Shown: piece after piece, positions 38,771-50,618 of the stretch
Layout: each line of letters begins with the position of its first letter
Position numbering within the stretch: the first letter of the stretch is position 1
Source of the DNA: a bacterium
GTDB lineage: Bacteria; Omnitrophota; Gorgyraeia; Aquiviventales; Aquiviventaceae
Assembly: GCA_036396895.1 (NCBI GenBank)
Contig: DASWKB010000038.1
Location: 13,145 to 77,144, forward strand
Direction: 5' to 3'
DNA length: 64,000 bases
The notes under the pieces: model-generated
What the model was told of the DNA's origin: nothing
The model's input: only the letters and a program-made list of their open reading frames with translations
Database searches by the model: none
Program-made: the position numbers and the translations under genes

Positions 38771-40512
38771 GCGCCCCCTCCCCCCCAGCGCGCCGCCTTC
38801 GCCCGCCGCGCGATGAACATCCACACGACCCCGAGAATCACGATGAGAAATCCGGCGTACACCAGCGGCGTGCCGGGATCGTTCCGCACCGACAGCACCG
38901 TCGTTTCCACTGCGCCCGGGACGAAGCTCGACTGGAACAGGCTGTACCCGCGGTACTTGAGCGGGTTGTTCATGCTGATCTTGCGCATGAGGATAACGCC
39001 CCGCTCCAGGTCGCTCAGGTGGACGTCGCTTTCGAAGCCGGCGGCCATCTGCGTGCCGGGATAATCGATCTTCCTGAAGTCCAGCAGCTTCACGGTGAAC
39101 GGCAGCTCGCGCGTCTGCTGCTCGTAGCTCACCGTCACGGGGTGCCCGTTGAGATCCAGCTCGAGCGCGCCGCCGGATCCGACCCAGCCGTCGGCTTCAG
39201 CGTCGCTCGAGGACAGCGTCACGTGCAGCGCTTCCCCCCTGACCTCGTCGCTGCGGTTCGTCACGCGCTGCTCCAGGACGGCGCGCGGCGCGTACGCCTC
39301 CACGCGGAACACGTACTCGAGCCAAGGGTGCGTATACGTCTCGCCCGGCTCCAGATGCTCGACATGCCGCCGTTCGCCCGCCCGGCCGGTCAGCACCGCG
39401 CCCAGCCGCTCGGCGCCCGGATGCACGTAGAGCGCGATCGCATTCGGCGGCAGCGACGCCGAGAAGGGATGCGTGTAGCTCACCTGGGCCGGAATCTGAT
39501 GCTGCCAGCCGTGCATGGACGCGATGTCCGGATGGAAGGCGAAGAGCAGGTACGGGTCGGTCCCCTCCGGTCCGCTCAGCGTGAAGGCCACCGCGGGATT
39601 GTTCGGAGAGTCCGAGCGGGATTCGGGGCCATCCTCGCCGATCACGAAGTCAGGAAAGTAGTCGCGGAACGTGATCGTGTACGGAGTCCCCTCGACCGGG
39701 ATGGGCGTGTGCATCGTCTCCGGCACAGGAATGTCGCGCGCACCCAGGTCCGGCAGCGCCACGGCCACGACCCCCCGCAGGTGGCGGGTGGCCGGAACCG
39801 GCTCGATGAGGCGCGCGGCGTCGGCCTCCGTTTCCGGCTCGAGGAAGATGACGTGCGCGTCGCCCCAGCCGATCCCGAACCGCTCCGGGTCGCGCGCGAA
39901 GAGCCACAGCGCGTCCTGCTGGAGCCCGTGTTCCACCCTGACCCGCACGGCCGGGTTCGCCTCAGGCCCGCCATCGGTGACCTCGTCCTGCACCACCGCG
40001 TCCGGATAATACCGGTTCACCGTGAGCTCCAGGCGGCGGCCCTCCAGCTCGGCCGAGAACGACGCGTCGGGCTCGTGCACCCAGGCCTGCGTCTCGAAGA
40101 AGGTCGGGAACGCCCGGTGCCCGCCGGGATTCGGCTGATGCAGCACGAGGACCTTGCCCGGAAGCAGCAGCGTCCGGTTGGCCTCCCCTTCGCGGATCAC
40201 GAGCTGGCCCTCGATGCCGAAGCGGCCGCCGATGATGCCGCCGAGGAGAATGCAGATGATCCCGAGGTGCGCCAGGAGGAACGGCACGTGCTTGCGCTTC
40301 CACGGCACGCGACGCAGCGCCGACACCACCAGGTTCACCGCGAGAAATCCGAGGATCCCCTGGAACCACCACGCCTGGTAGATGAAGCGCTGGACGGAGG
40401 CCGTGCCGTAACGCGTCTCATAGATCGTGCCCCACGCCAGCACGATCGCGATCGCGAGGATCAGCGCGACCGCCATCTGGAGTGAGCCCATCCAACGAAG
40501 GAGTCGAGTCAT
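38767..40512 (-). CDS. System II cytochrome c biogenesis protein ResB/CcsB-like
   Basis: N-terminal TMs with His (LAHLG), large periplasmic region, MNNPLKYRGY.LFQSS, DPG..LVY.G C-terminal TM. Confidence 0.88.
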   Translation of the reverse strand: MTRLLRWMGSLQMAVALILAIAIVLAWGTIYETRYGTASVQRFIYQAWWFQGILGFLAVNLVVSALRRVPWKRKHVPFLLAHLGIICILLGGIIGGRFGIEGQLVIREGEANRTLLLPGKVLVLHQPNPGGHRAFPTFFETQAWVHEPDASFSAELEGRRLELTVNRYYPDAVVQDEVTDGGPEANPAVRVRVEHGLQQDALWLFARDPERFGIGWGDAHVIFLEPETEADAARLIEPVPATRHLRGVVAVALPDLGARDIPVPETMHTPIPVEGTPYTITFRDYFPDFVIGEDGPESRSDSPNNPAVAFTLSGPEGTDPYLLFAFHPDIASMHGWQHQIPAQVSYTHPFSASLPPNAIALYVHPGAERLGAVLTGRAGERRHVEHLEPGETYTHPWLEYVFRVEAYAPRAVLEQRVTNRSDEVRGEALHVTLSSSDAEADGWVGSGGALELDLNGHPVTVSYEQQTRELPFTVKLLDFRKIDYPGTQMAAGFESDVHLSDLERGVILMRKISMNNPLKYRGYSLFQSSFVPGAVETTVLSVRNDPGTPLVYAGFLIVILGVVWMFIARRAKAARWGGGGA

Positions 40513-40563
40513 CAGCGGTGTGTCCGTGCCGTTACAACGGGAGGGCGACTGCGTCCCTGCCGA

Positions 40564-40581
40564 CCATGCGCCTTATCATAC
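40564..40581. promoter_or_regulatory. Putative Crp/Fnr-family box upstream of ccsB
   Basis: Minus strand GTATGAT-AAGG-CGCATGG. Confidence 0.5.
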
Positions 40582-40686
40582 TACACCGATGCGTCGGAAG
40601 GAAAGACGGGAAAAAACCTGGCCATGGCGACGAAGGCGAGCCCGCCGGCGCAGAGCCCCGCCGCGGCCATCGCGAGCGCGCGCCGC

Positions 40687-42603
40687 CTACACCTCGTCAT
40701 CCGGCTCGTTCTCGCGGTGGGCCCGATCCGACTCCGAGGGCCGCCCGCTGATCCACGTCCACTTCATCGGGTACTCGTCCGGGTCGAACATCACGAAGTA
40801 GAAGTGCCACACGGCGATCGCCAGGCACGCGAGGACCGCCTCGTAGTAGTGAATCGCGTTCACCACGTCGAAGCACCACTTCGGGAACACGCGCAGCGTC
40901 CAGTCCTGCCAGGTCATCAGCGTGCCCGTCAGCACCATCACGATGGAGCCCCACACGAGCGCCCAGTACTCCATCTTCTCGACATAGCTGTAGCGGGCGA
41001 AGACCGGCCGCGCCGCGCGCCGTCCCAGGTAGAACGCCAGCATGCGGAACGGATCGATGAGATCGCGGCGCCTCGGCCACAGCGCCGCCAGCTCCTTCCT
41101 GCCGCGCGTCGTGGCGGCCATGAACCACAGGTGGTACACCGACAGCAGCACGAACAGCGCCGCCGCGACCCGGTGCCCCATGCTCCGCCAATCGAACCGG
41201 CCGACGAAGGGGCTCGACCACCAGGCCTGCGGGAACGACAGCGCGAAGCCCGTGTAGGCCAGCGTCAGGAACGCGAGAATCAACAGGACGTGCTGGAGGC
41301 GCTCGCCGCGCTGCATCCGCATGCCGGTGGCCTGAGCCCGGTGGCGGCGGTAATGCTCGGCGAGCTTCCGCCTGAAGTCCAGGAAGTTGTGCGCGAGCAT
41401 CCCGCCGATCACCATCACGATCAGCGCCAGGTAGAACCTGCGGACCCACCCGACGACGCGGTGCTCCAGGCCCGGCCGGGTGCCTGAGTGGATCTGCCCT
41501 TTGGCGACCTGGGCGCTGACGCCGGGGTGGCACTTCCCGCAGGTCTGCGGCAGGTTCGAGGGATGCACCGAGGAGCGGGGGTCGTTCGAGGGGAGGATAT
41601 CGTGGGCCCCGTGGCAGGAGGCGCAGTTCGCCGCCGTCGGCATGCCCATCTGCAGCGCAAGCCCGTGGAAGCTCGACATGTAGGTGTCGACGGTGTGCGA
41701 CGGGAGCCCGTACTTGGTGATGATGCGCTCGGCTGCGTGGCACTGCCCGCACGTCTCGGGAATGTGCGAGGGGAAGACCGACGATGCGGCCAGCTTCACG
41801 GACGCGATGGTGTGCTCGCCGTGGCAGTCGGTGCAGACCGGCGCCTCGCGCTTCCCCGCCTGGACGGCGCCGCCGTGGACGCTGCGCAGGTACGTCTGCT
41901 GGATGTTCTCATGGCATTTCCCGCAGGTGGCCGGGATGCGCTGCCAGTAGAGCTTCGACCCCGGATTGGTCGCGCGGTGCAGATCGTGCGAGCCGTGGCA
42001 GTCCGTGCACACGGCCGCCGCCGCCACGCCCCGCTCGATGAGCGCCCGGCCGTGCACGCTCTCATCGTAGGAGGCCACCGGCTCGGGCTGCGCCAGCCGG
42101 AACCGGGCCATCTCGGCGGTCTTCCCGTGGCATTGCGCGCAGGTCTCGGGAATGTTGGCCCGGTGCACGGGCGAGGCGGGGTTGCGCGAGCTCAGCAGCT
42201 CATGGGCGTTGCCGTGGCAGCTGCGGCAGGTCGCCGCTTCGGTGACGCCGGCTTTCAGCGCCAGGCCGTGATCGCTGTTCAGGTAGACTTCGGTCTCGAT
42301 CCGGTGGCAGGAGGCGCAGCTCACGGGCGCAAGCGGCACGCCGTGCGGGATCTCCGTCACGTCCCGGTGGCAGCTCGTGCAGCGGTTGCGGCCGTGGATC
42401 GAGGCTCCGAACAGCTCGGGGTCGATGAACGGGTCCGCGGACGGGTCGCCGTGGCACGCCAGGCACGTGTCATTGTCCGGAGCCTCCTGCGCGCGCGCCG
42501 GCGCTGCGAATGCCAACACCAATCCCAGCGCCAACCATCGTGCCAAATTCGGAATTCGGAATGCGGAATGGCTCGGCGTACCGTTCGATGTGGAATGTGT
42601 CAT
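40687..42603 (-). CDS. Multiheme c (11 CxxCH) fused to a cytochrome b membrane domain, CbcL-like
   Basis: Signal peptide (AAPARA), 11 CxxCH, then TM helices with His (AHNF, LQHV, GHR, YHL, IHYYEA, WHFY) and YSYVEKMEYWA. Start uncertain. Confidence 0.88.
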   Translation of the reverse strand: MTHSTSNGTPSHSAFRIPNLARWLALGLVLAFAAPARAQEAPDNDTCLACHGDPSADPFIDPELFGASIHGRNRCTSCHRDVTEIPHGVPLAPVSCASCHRIETEVYLNSDHGLALKAGVTEAATCRSCHGNAHELLSSRNPASPVHRANIPETCAQCHGKTAEMARFRLAQPEPVASYDESVHGRALIERGVAAAAVCTDCHGSHDLHRATNPGSKLYWQRIPATCGKCHENIQQTYLRSVHGGAVQAGKREAPVCTDCHGEHTIASVKLAASSVFPSHIPETCGQCHAAERIITKYGLPSHTVDTYMSSFHGLALQMGMPTAANCASCHGAHDILPSNDPRSSVHPSNLPQTCGKCHPGVSAQVAKGQIHSGTRPGLEHRVVGWVRRFYLALIVMVIGGMLAHNFLDFRRKLAEHYRRHRAQATGMRMQRGERLQHVLLILAFLTLAYTGFALSFPQAWWSSPFVGRFDWRSMGHRVAAALFVLLSVYHLWFMAATTRGRKELAALWPRRRDLIDPFRMLAFYLGRRAARPVFARYSYVEKMEYWALVWGSIVMVLTGTLMTWQDWTLRVFPKWCFDVVNAIHYYEAVLACLAIAVWHFYFVMFDPDEYPMKWTWISGRPSESDRAHRENEPDDEV

Positions 42604-42678
42604 GGACCGGCCGAGCGGGCATGACACGTTACACATCCAACATGACACAATCGGGATTCCGCATTCCGCATTTGGCAC
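42540..42678. repeat. Heptamer-repeat hairpin element, GTGCCAAAT family, copy 2
   Basis: GTGCCAAAT(TCGGAAT-like units)...(ATTCCGC units)ATTTGGCAC with an inner stem TGTCATG/CATGACA. Confidence 0.8.
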
Positions 42679-42686
42679 TGATTTCG

Positions 42687-44200
<1,514 letters not shown>

Positions 44201-44201
<1 letters not shown>

Positions 44202-45484
44202 CACGAGCGCTCCCCCCGCGAGCCGTCCGGGCGGTCCAACTCCCTGATCCGCAGCACGAGGCCGAGGATCAAGAGCCCCAGGATCACGAGCGTCACCCAA
44301 AAGCCCTTGCGGCGGAAGTGGAACTCCTCCACCGCCTGCTCCCCCTGCCCCGCGGCCTCATCCGCATGGGCAAGCCCCTCCTCGACGATGGGGTCCATCT
44401 TGTCCATCGAAAAGGCGTGCACATACGCCCGCGACTGCGTCAGTTTGGCGCCCGCCTCGTGGAGCTCGAATTCCGCGTCCGCCACGTCCATGCCCAGGCC
44501 GTCGGCCTGTTCGATCAGGGCATTCGCGTCCTGCACGCGGGTCTTGAGCCGCTCGATTGCCCCGCGCATCGCTTGGGCGGTGCGGAACCCCGCGGACTCG
44601 GGCTCGTGGCAGCTGACGCAGAGCGCCTCGGGGCCGGTCCCGAGCATCTCGTCCGTCGGCCTGGCGATCAAATGGTTGCCGTGGCACACCTCGCACTCCG
44701 GCAGCCCCAACGCCTCGTGCGCCGCTTTGTGCGGGCTGTTGACGAACAGGTCGCGCGAGAGCGCGTGGCACTGGGCGCACACGTTGCCGACGGCGAGCGT
44801 GCCCGGGCGGGCGGCCTCGTGTGATCCGTGGCAGCTGGCGCAATGGGGCGCCGCGCGGTCGCCCCGGAACAACAGCGCCTGGCCGTGCACGCTCCGCGAA
44901 TATTCCCAGTGCTGATTGACCGGCAGCCCGTGCCGGTCCATGACGGACGCGTCCGCATGGCACGTCGCGCACGTCCCGGGGATGTTGGTCGCATAGACCG
45001 GCGAGGAGGGGTTGCGCGCCTGCAGGATCCCGTGGACGCCGTGACAGCTCGTGCAGACGGGAACGTCGGCGTCGTGCGCGGCGAAGCGTTTGCCGTGCTG
45101 GCTCGTCAGGTACTTCGCGTACTGGTCGGTCGGCAGGTTCGGATTGAACCGCCGCATGTACTCCGGATTCGCGTGGCACCGGGCGCAGAGCGCCGGGATC
45201 TCCTCGCGCCGGATATGCCCGAGGAACCCCCGCGCGGGATCCATGGCCGCCTCCGGATCCATGGAGGCGGGATCTCCCCCGTGGCAGTCGGCGCACGTGA
45301 GCCCGCGCGCGGCATGCACATCGTCGGGAAACAGCGCGGCCGGCCCCCGGGTGCCGCCCTCCATGGCCTGATGGCATTCCACGCACCCGCTGCCCTTGGT
45401 CTGTGCCTGCGCCGCCGGCGCCCATGCCGGGATCGCGAGCGCCGCGACGACGCCGGCTCGCAGCACCACCGCCGAGCGCGTCAT
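44201..45484 (-). CDS. Nonaheme cytochrome c with C-terminal coiled coil and membrane anchor
   Basis: Signal peptide (AQA), 9 CxxCH, C-terminal TM. Coupled to cytochrome b by an ATGA overlap. Confidence 0.88.
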
Positions 45485-46560
45485 GGCGCGTGCCCGATCC
45501 AGAGCGCGTAGACCGTCATGCCCACCACGTAGCTCATCCCGACCCACCCCAGCAGCGCCATCAGCCAATGCGCCCGTCCGCGGCGGGCCGGACGGTCCAG
45601 CCACGGCACCAGCACCAGCGCGGCGCCCGCAATCCCGATGCCGCCGATGGCGAGCAGCTCTCCTTCCAAGCCGAAGACATGGCTCGGCACCAGCTTCAAG
45701 GTCTGAAACATCCAGAGGAAGTACCATTCCGGCTCGATGCCGGCCGGCGTCGGCGCGAAGGGATCCGCCTGCTCGCCCAGCGTGGCCGGCAGGTACACCG
45801 CGAGGGCCAGCACCGCCCCGAGCATCACGCACCATGCGACCAGATCCCGGAGCAGGAAGTCCGGCACGAACGGCATGCTGCGCTCGTCCCGCACAGAGAG
45901 CGGCCGGCTCATCCCCTGCATCTGAATCATGGCCAGATGCGCGCCCAGCAGGCCCAGGAGCGCGATCGGCAGGATGGCGATATGCAGCCAATAGAACCGC
46001 CGGATGGTCGCCGCGCCCACTTCCGGACCTCCGCGCAGCATGGTCCCGATGACCGGGCCGATCCCGGGCACGGCCGCGGAGATTTCCGTGCCGACTTTCG
46101 TCGCGAAGTACGCGAGCGTATTCCACGGCAGGAGGTACCCGGTGAATCCGAAGCCCATCAGGAGGAAAAACAGGAGCGCCCCGCTGACCCAGGTCAGTTC
46201 CCGGGGCGGGCGGTACGCCTTCAGGAAAAACGTGCTCGCCAGATGCACGAAGGCGGAGAGGATCGCCACGTTCGCCGCCCAGGCGTGCACCGAGCGCACG
46301 AGCCAGCCGAACTCCACCTTGGTCATGATGAAGCGGACGGACTCGAACGCGTGCTCGGCGGAGGGCTGATAGTACAGCAGCAGCAGGATGCCGCTCAGAA
46401 TCTGGATGACGATCAGGACAAGCGTCATGCCGCCCCAGTAATACCAGATCGTGTGCCGGTGGACGGGCACCGTCTTGTGGGACGCGAACTCGCCGAGGCG
46501 CTGCAGGGGATAGCGGCTGTGGAAGAAGCCGCGCAGCCGCTCAGCCGCGCGCGCGAACAT
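45481..46560 (-). CDS. Cytochrome b of a Rieske/cytochrome b complex
   Basis: Four heme-ligand His (VH..AAN...VHL; LH...AHL), GYLLPW, PEWY Qo motif. Confidence 0.93.
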   Translation of the reverse strand: MFARAAERLRGFFHSRYPLQRLGEFASHKTVPVHRHTIWYYWGGMTLVLIVIQILSGILLLLYYQPSAEHAFESVRFIMTKVEFGWLVRSVHAWAANVAILSAFVHLASTFFLKAYRPPRELTWVSGALLFFLLMGFGFTGYLLPWNTLAYFATKVGTEISAAVPGIGPVIGTMLRGGPEVGAATIRRFYWLHIAILPIALLGLLGAHLAMIQMQGMSRPLSVRDERSMPFVPDFLLRDLVAWCVMLGAVLALAVYLPATLGEQADPFAPTPAGIEPEWYFLWMFQTLKLVPSHVFGLEGELLAIGGIGIAGAALVLVPWLDRPARRGRAHWLMALLGWVGMSYVVGMTVYALWIGHAP

Positions 46561-46681
46561 GGAGCCTCACGGGCAAGCCCGTCGCACTTGTCATCCCACG
46601 CTCCGCGTGAGGCGACATCCCGCCCCCGGTCTTGGCCGGAGCAGGCTCGGCGGGATGGAGCCTCACGGGCATGCCGGTTGC
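46559..46681. repeat. 27-bp imperfect direct repeat flanking a hairpin
   Basis: ATGGAGCCTCACGGGC(A/T..) at 46559-46585 and 46655-46681 (24/27 identical). CATCCCGCC/GGCGGGATG stem at 46616-46657. Confidence 0.75.
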
Positions 46682-46811
46682 CCACATGAACACCGCCCGT
46701 GGGGCGGAATCCCGCGCGAGCCCACGGCCGCTGGCCGTGGTGCGAGTCGCGGGATCACCGGGTCCTTTCGCGCGCGTCATGATCCGCACCGGCAGCGCGC
46801 CCGCGGCTCCG

Positions 46812-47294
46812 TCATGAGGATTTCGACACGACAATGTCATCGCCGCGGATGTTGACCTGAAACGCCTCGAGCGGCCGCGGAGGAGGCCCCGAGATCACCT
46901 GGCCGTTCAGGTCGAACTTGCCGTTGTGGCAGGCGCACCAGATGACGCTGGCGTGATCGTCGTACTGCACGGTGCAGTTCAGGTGCGTGCACACGGCGGA
47001 AAACGCCTTCAGGTCTCCGTGCGGCGTATGGACGAGCAGCGCGGGCTGGGACCCGAACCGGAAGATCTTGGCCTGGTTGGCGGCCAGCTCGCCGACTCTC
47101 CCCGCCACCACGTTCGACACCGAAGCTTCCCGGCCCATGGGAGGATAGAGATACCGCACGATCGGGTAGAGAGTCGACCCGATCAGGGCGAGGACGCCGC
47201 CTTTCAGGAGCCCCCCGAGGAACGCGCGCCGGCTGAACCCCCGGCGCGGACACATAATCCCGTTTGACGGTTCCATCTCGTTGCTCCGACGCAC
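46812..47294 (-). CDS. Rieske 2Fe-2S protein
   Basis: Tat-like SRRAFL plus TM anchor, CTHLNC and CACHNG boxes, GPPPRPL. Confidence 0.95.
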   Translation of the reverse strand: MRRSNEMEPSNGIMCPRRGFSRRAFLGGLLKGGVLALIGSTLYPIVRYLYPPMGREASVSNVVAGRVGELAANQAKIFRFGSQPALLVHTPHGDLKAFSAVCTHLNCTVQYDDHASVIWCACHNGKFDLNGQVISGPPPRPLEAFQVNIRGDDIVVSKSS

Positions 47295-47394
47295 AAGAGG
47301 AGGCCGCCCGCCGGCTCCCGCGCATCCGCGCGTCAGTCAGGTCGCCTGGCGGGCGGCCTCCGCAGTGCCCGTGACGCCGTGCCGGAAGCCCGGA

Positions 47395-49431
47395 TCAGAA
47401 CTTCTTCGACACCTCCAACCACAATGCGTTCGCCCGGTAGTTGCCCGCCTCCGCCAAAGACTTGGCCAGATAATGATAATATCCGTACTTCGCGCCGAGT
47501 GTCACGTCCTCCTTCGGCGACCAGTTCACGCCGAGCTCCAGGTCGAGCCGCTCGTTGTCGATGCCGTACGGCAGCGCCGTCGGCGACACGTCATTGAAGT
47601 TCTCCGCGTCGGCATAGAGCAGCGAGGACGTCAGCGACACCGCGGACGTCGGCGTGTAATCGACGGTCAAGAGCCAGGTGGTGACATCGCTGCTGAACGC
47701 CGCGATCGGCGGGTTCGGACCGTGGCGGGCCGGCGTGACCACGTCCGCATCTTGCCGGGACACGGACCCCAGCACCAGGAGCCCATTGAGCGGCTGGAGC
47801 GCCACATCGTAGGTATAGATGTGCGACAACGTCTGCGTCTCGACGCTGTTCATGCCCTGCACCGCGGTCGCGTAGTCATCGTCCCGCAGCTGGTAGCGGA
47901 ACGAGGTGCGCAGCCAGCGCCGTGGCTTGAGCGTCACGCGGGTCGTGAACTCATCCGTGGCCTTGTTGGCATAGTCGATGAACGCGGAGCTGAACGACGT
48001 CTCGAATTGGTCGTCGTAGTCATTGTTGCTCCGTTTGTGGCGCACCTGGCTCGTCACGTCCAGGAACCGCCACGGCGAGCTCCGGGCGCCCAGCGTCCAG
48101 CCGCCGCGGCGGACATCGGTCACCGTGTCCCGGTAGAAGGAGTTCGCGCCCGTGATCCCGTCGGATTGATCTTCGCGAAGCCGGATGCGCGCCTGCTCCA
48201 GCTCGAGGTCCGTGTACACCGACGTACGGGGGATTCCGGTGAACTTGAGCGAGACCGCTTCGCCCCAGCGGTGCTCGTTCGAATCGCTGATGTTGTTCTC
48301 GATCCCGTCGATCACGCCGTCGGGCGACGCCCCGGAGGCCGGCGAGCCGTCTTCAGGATATACGGAGACGCTCTCGCGTTTCGCGAGCTCCGCCTTGAGC
48401 CGGGTGGTCAGCGTGAGCGAGTCCGCGACGTCCACCGCCAGGTTGCCGACCCAGGCGTGCGTATCCACATCGCTGTCGGCGCGCGCGTTCCGCTTCTGCT
48501 CCGAGAAGCTGAAGAAATTCGTCGGCACCCCCGCCGCGTTCAATTCATACAGGTCTTCGTATTCGCGGGCCGTCAGGTGCGCGAAGTGATACGCGCTGGC
48601 GAAGAACACCTTTTCTTCCAGGAACGCCCGCTCCGCGCCGAAGAGCGAGGTCAGCACCGCCGCCTCCGGGCGCTGGTCGTGCCGCCGCATCAGCTTGTCG
48701 GCGGCGGTGGCGGTGGTCGAGATGTCCCGCTCGAGCCGCACGGATTCGATGTCGACGAACTCCGCCTCGTGCTTGGTGGTCAGGTTCCACTCCGCCACCT
48801 CGTCGGCGATCTCGAAGCCCACGACGTCGACGATCTCATCCACTTCCTGCCAAGTGGGCGCGATATTCCGGGTCACCGCCTCCTCCGCTTCGCTCCAGGT
48901 GAGGCGGGATTTCGTGCCGTCCTTGTACTCGCGTTCATAGAACAGCTTGATGTCCGGGAAATCCTCGAGCGTGAGGCCCGCCTCCAGCTCGATCTTGCCG
49001 ATGTCCATCTCCAGGCGCTTGTCCGTTTCGCTCCCCGAGAGCGTCGTGAACGGCGGATACACGCCGCCCGTGCCGTCGTAGTATTTCCGGAATTCCTGGA
49101 AATTCAGGTGGACGTACCCGAGGCCGCCCCAGTTGTACTCGAGCGCCGTCCCGAGATCGTTATCGTCGATGATGGCGTGCCCGGTTGCGCGGAATTCGGT
49201 GTCGCCCTCCCCTTCGACCTTGAGGGAGAAATCCTCGATGCCGCCGCCGTAGCCGTCCTTGATCCAGTGGTGCGCCCGGAACTTCTCGTCATCCCCCTGC
49301 ACGTCGATATAGCGCACGGGCAGCACCGTGATCGAGGACTCCATCTCGGCGGCCGCCGCGGTCCGGGCGCTCCCCAGGAGGCCGCCCACGGCCATGACCA
49401 GCGCCCCCACCGCACCGATCGTCGCTCTCAT
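47395..49431 (-). CDS. Large outer-membrane beta-barrel, MtrB/PioB-like porin of a porin-cytochrome pair
   Basis: 678 aa, signal peptide, KFR.H...GGIEDF N-terminal pattern, amphipathic strands, C-terminal Phe. Directly follows the DmsE/MtrA-like gene. Confidence 0.8.
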   Translation of the reverse strand: MRATIGAVGALVMAVGGLLGSARTAAAAEMESSITVLPVRYIDVQGDDEKFRAHHWIKDGYGGGIEDFSLKVEGEGDTEFRATGHAIIDDNDLGTALEYNWGGLGYVHLNFQEFRKYYDGTGGVYPPFTTLSGSETDKRLEMDIGKIELEAGLTLEDFPDIKLFYEREYKDGTKSRLTWSEAEEAVTRNIAPTWQEVDEIVDVVGFEIADEVAEWNLTTKHEAEFVDIESVRLERDISTTATAADKLMRRHDQRPEAAVLTSLFGAERAFLEEKVFFASAYHFAHLTAREYEDLYELNAAGVPTNFFSFSEQKRNARADSDVDTHAWVGNLAVDVADSLTLTTRLKAELAKRESVSVYPEDGSPASGASPDGVIDGIENNISDSNEHRWGEAVSLKFTGIPRTSVYTDLELEQARIRLREDQSDGITGANSFYRDTVTDVRRGGWTLGARSSPWRFLDVTSQVRHKRSNNDYDDQFETSFSSAFIDYANKATDEFTTRVTLKPRRWLRTSFRYQLRDDDYATAVQGMNSVETQTLSHIYTYDVALQPLNGLLVLGSVSRQDADVVTPARHGPNPPIAAFSSDVTTWLLTVDYTPTSAVSLTSSLLYADAENFNDVSPTALPYGIDNERLDLELGVNWSPKEDVTLGAKYGYYHYLAKSLAEAGNYRANALWLEVSKKF

Positions 49432-49449
49432 CTCGCCTCCTCCCTCGCC

Positions 49450-50568
49450 TCAATACCGCAGGTGGTCGCTGAAGTTCGACCCGTGGACCGCCGTGTGGCA
49501 GCCCGCGCTGAAACACGTCCCTTCCGGTAGGCGACCCGCATGGCCCGAATTCCCGATGCTCGGGAAGTTGACCTGGGTGTGGCAGCGCAGGCACAGGTTC
49601 GCGTCCCGCGCGACCAGCATCTTGTCGTTGATCGAACCGTGAACCTGGTGGCACTCGGTGCATCCCTCGCGCAGCGCTTCGTGCTCGAACACGAACGGCC
49701 CTCGCTGCTCCTTGTGGCACTTGAAGCACGCCTCGTTCGTGCCGTGGAGGCTCGTCGCCGACCAGGGGCGGACGTCCGTCGCGTGCGCGTCATGGCAGTC
49801 CGCGCAGCTCATCTTGCCTTCCAGCACCGGGTGGTGGTGCGTCATCCGGAACTGCATCTTCTTGTCCGTGTGGCAGGCGAAGCACGCGTTGGGGTCCTTG
49901 CGGGGGTTGATCATTCCGCCGACGCCGCGGCCTCCGCCGGCGTCCACATGGAGGCTGCCCGGCCCATGACAAGTCTCGCATCCTTGCGCCTTGAGGCCCT
50001 CCACCTCGCCCGGAATGGCAATGCGCGCGTGCGAAGAGTGCTTGAACTCCTTGGCCTCCTTGGCGTGGCACATGGCGCAGGTCTCCGTGCCGACGTATTC
50101 CGCCTTGGGCGCCTCCTCCGCTCCGTCCTCCGCCTGCTCATCGGCCCATGCCGCCGGCATCGCCAGGGAGGCCAGATACCGGTTGACCGACCGCGGTGGC
50201 AGCGAAGATTGCGGGCTGCCGGGCAGGGAGGCGGGGTCGGACGGGTTTGTGCCGGCGTTCAGCTCCTCGCCGTTCGTCGCGCCGTCTTCGTCGGCGTCCT
50301 GATCCTCGACGGCGCGGTAGTCCTCGATCGTGAGGGCCAGGGCGTTCCCGGCCCCCTTGAGCGCCTCGAGCGCCTTGCCGTAGGCGTTCAGGTCGCCTTT
50401 CTTCCCGACCGCGCTCTCATGGCAAGCCTTGCACGTCACGGCCTTCGTGTCCGGATAGGCGGCCTTAAAACTCTTCACGTTCTGGATCGTCGCCCAAGCC
50501 GAAGGCGCCATGACGAGCCACGCCAACAAGCCTCCCACTATGCCCAGCATGCCCCGCATGTCCCGCAT
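49450..50568 (-). CDS. DmsE/MtrA-family multiheme cytochrome with an extra N-terminal monoheme domain
   Basis: YVG.ETC, CETCHGPGS.H, HHPV.EGKMSC.DCH, GPFVFEH, CFSAGCH..HGSN. 7 CxxCH + 1 CX4CH in the DmsE part, plus N-terminal CKACH. Confidence 0.88.
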   Translation of the reverse strand: MRDMRGMLGIVGGLLAWLVMAPSAWATIQNVKSFKAAYPDTKAVTCKACHESAVGKKGDLNAYGKALEALKGAGNALALTIEDYRAVEDQDADEDGATNGEELNAGTNPSDPASLPGSPQSSLPPRSVNRYLASLAMPAAWADEQAEDGAEEAPKAEYVGTETCAMCHAKEAKEFKHSSHARIAIPGEVEGLKAQGCETCHGPGSLHVDAGGGRGVGGMINPRKDPNACFACHTDKKMQFRMTHHHPVLEGKMSCADCHDAHATDVRPWSATSLHGTNEACFKCHKEQRGPFVFEHEALREGCTECHQVHGSINDKMLVARDANLCLRCHTQVNFPSIGNSGHAGRLPEGTCFSAGCHTAVHGSNFSDHLRY

Positions 50569-50618
50569 TGCTCCCCCCTCAGGCTGCATCCGCGCACCAC
50601 ACTCGGCCGTTCCTGAGC

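Noticed and set aside
46541-46840. 99-aa ORF with repeated ATG.PVRLH as a RiPP-like precursor
   Set aside because: The peptide repeat is explained by the DNA duplication of the cyt b RBS region; no modifying enzymes are adjacent.
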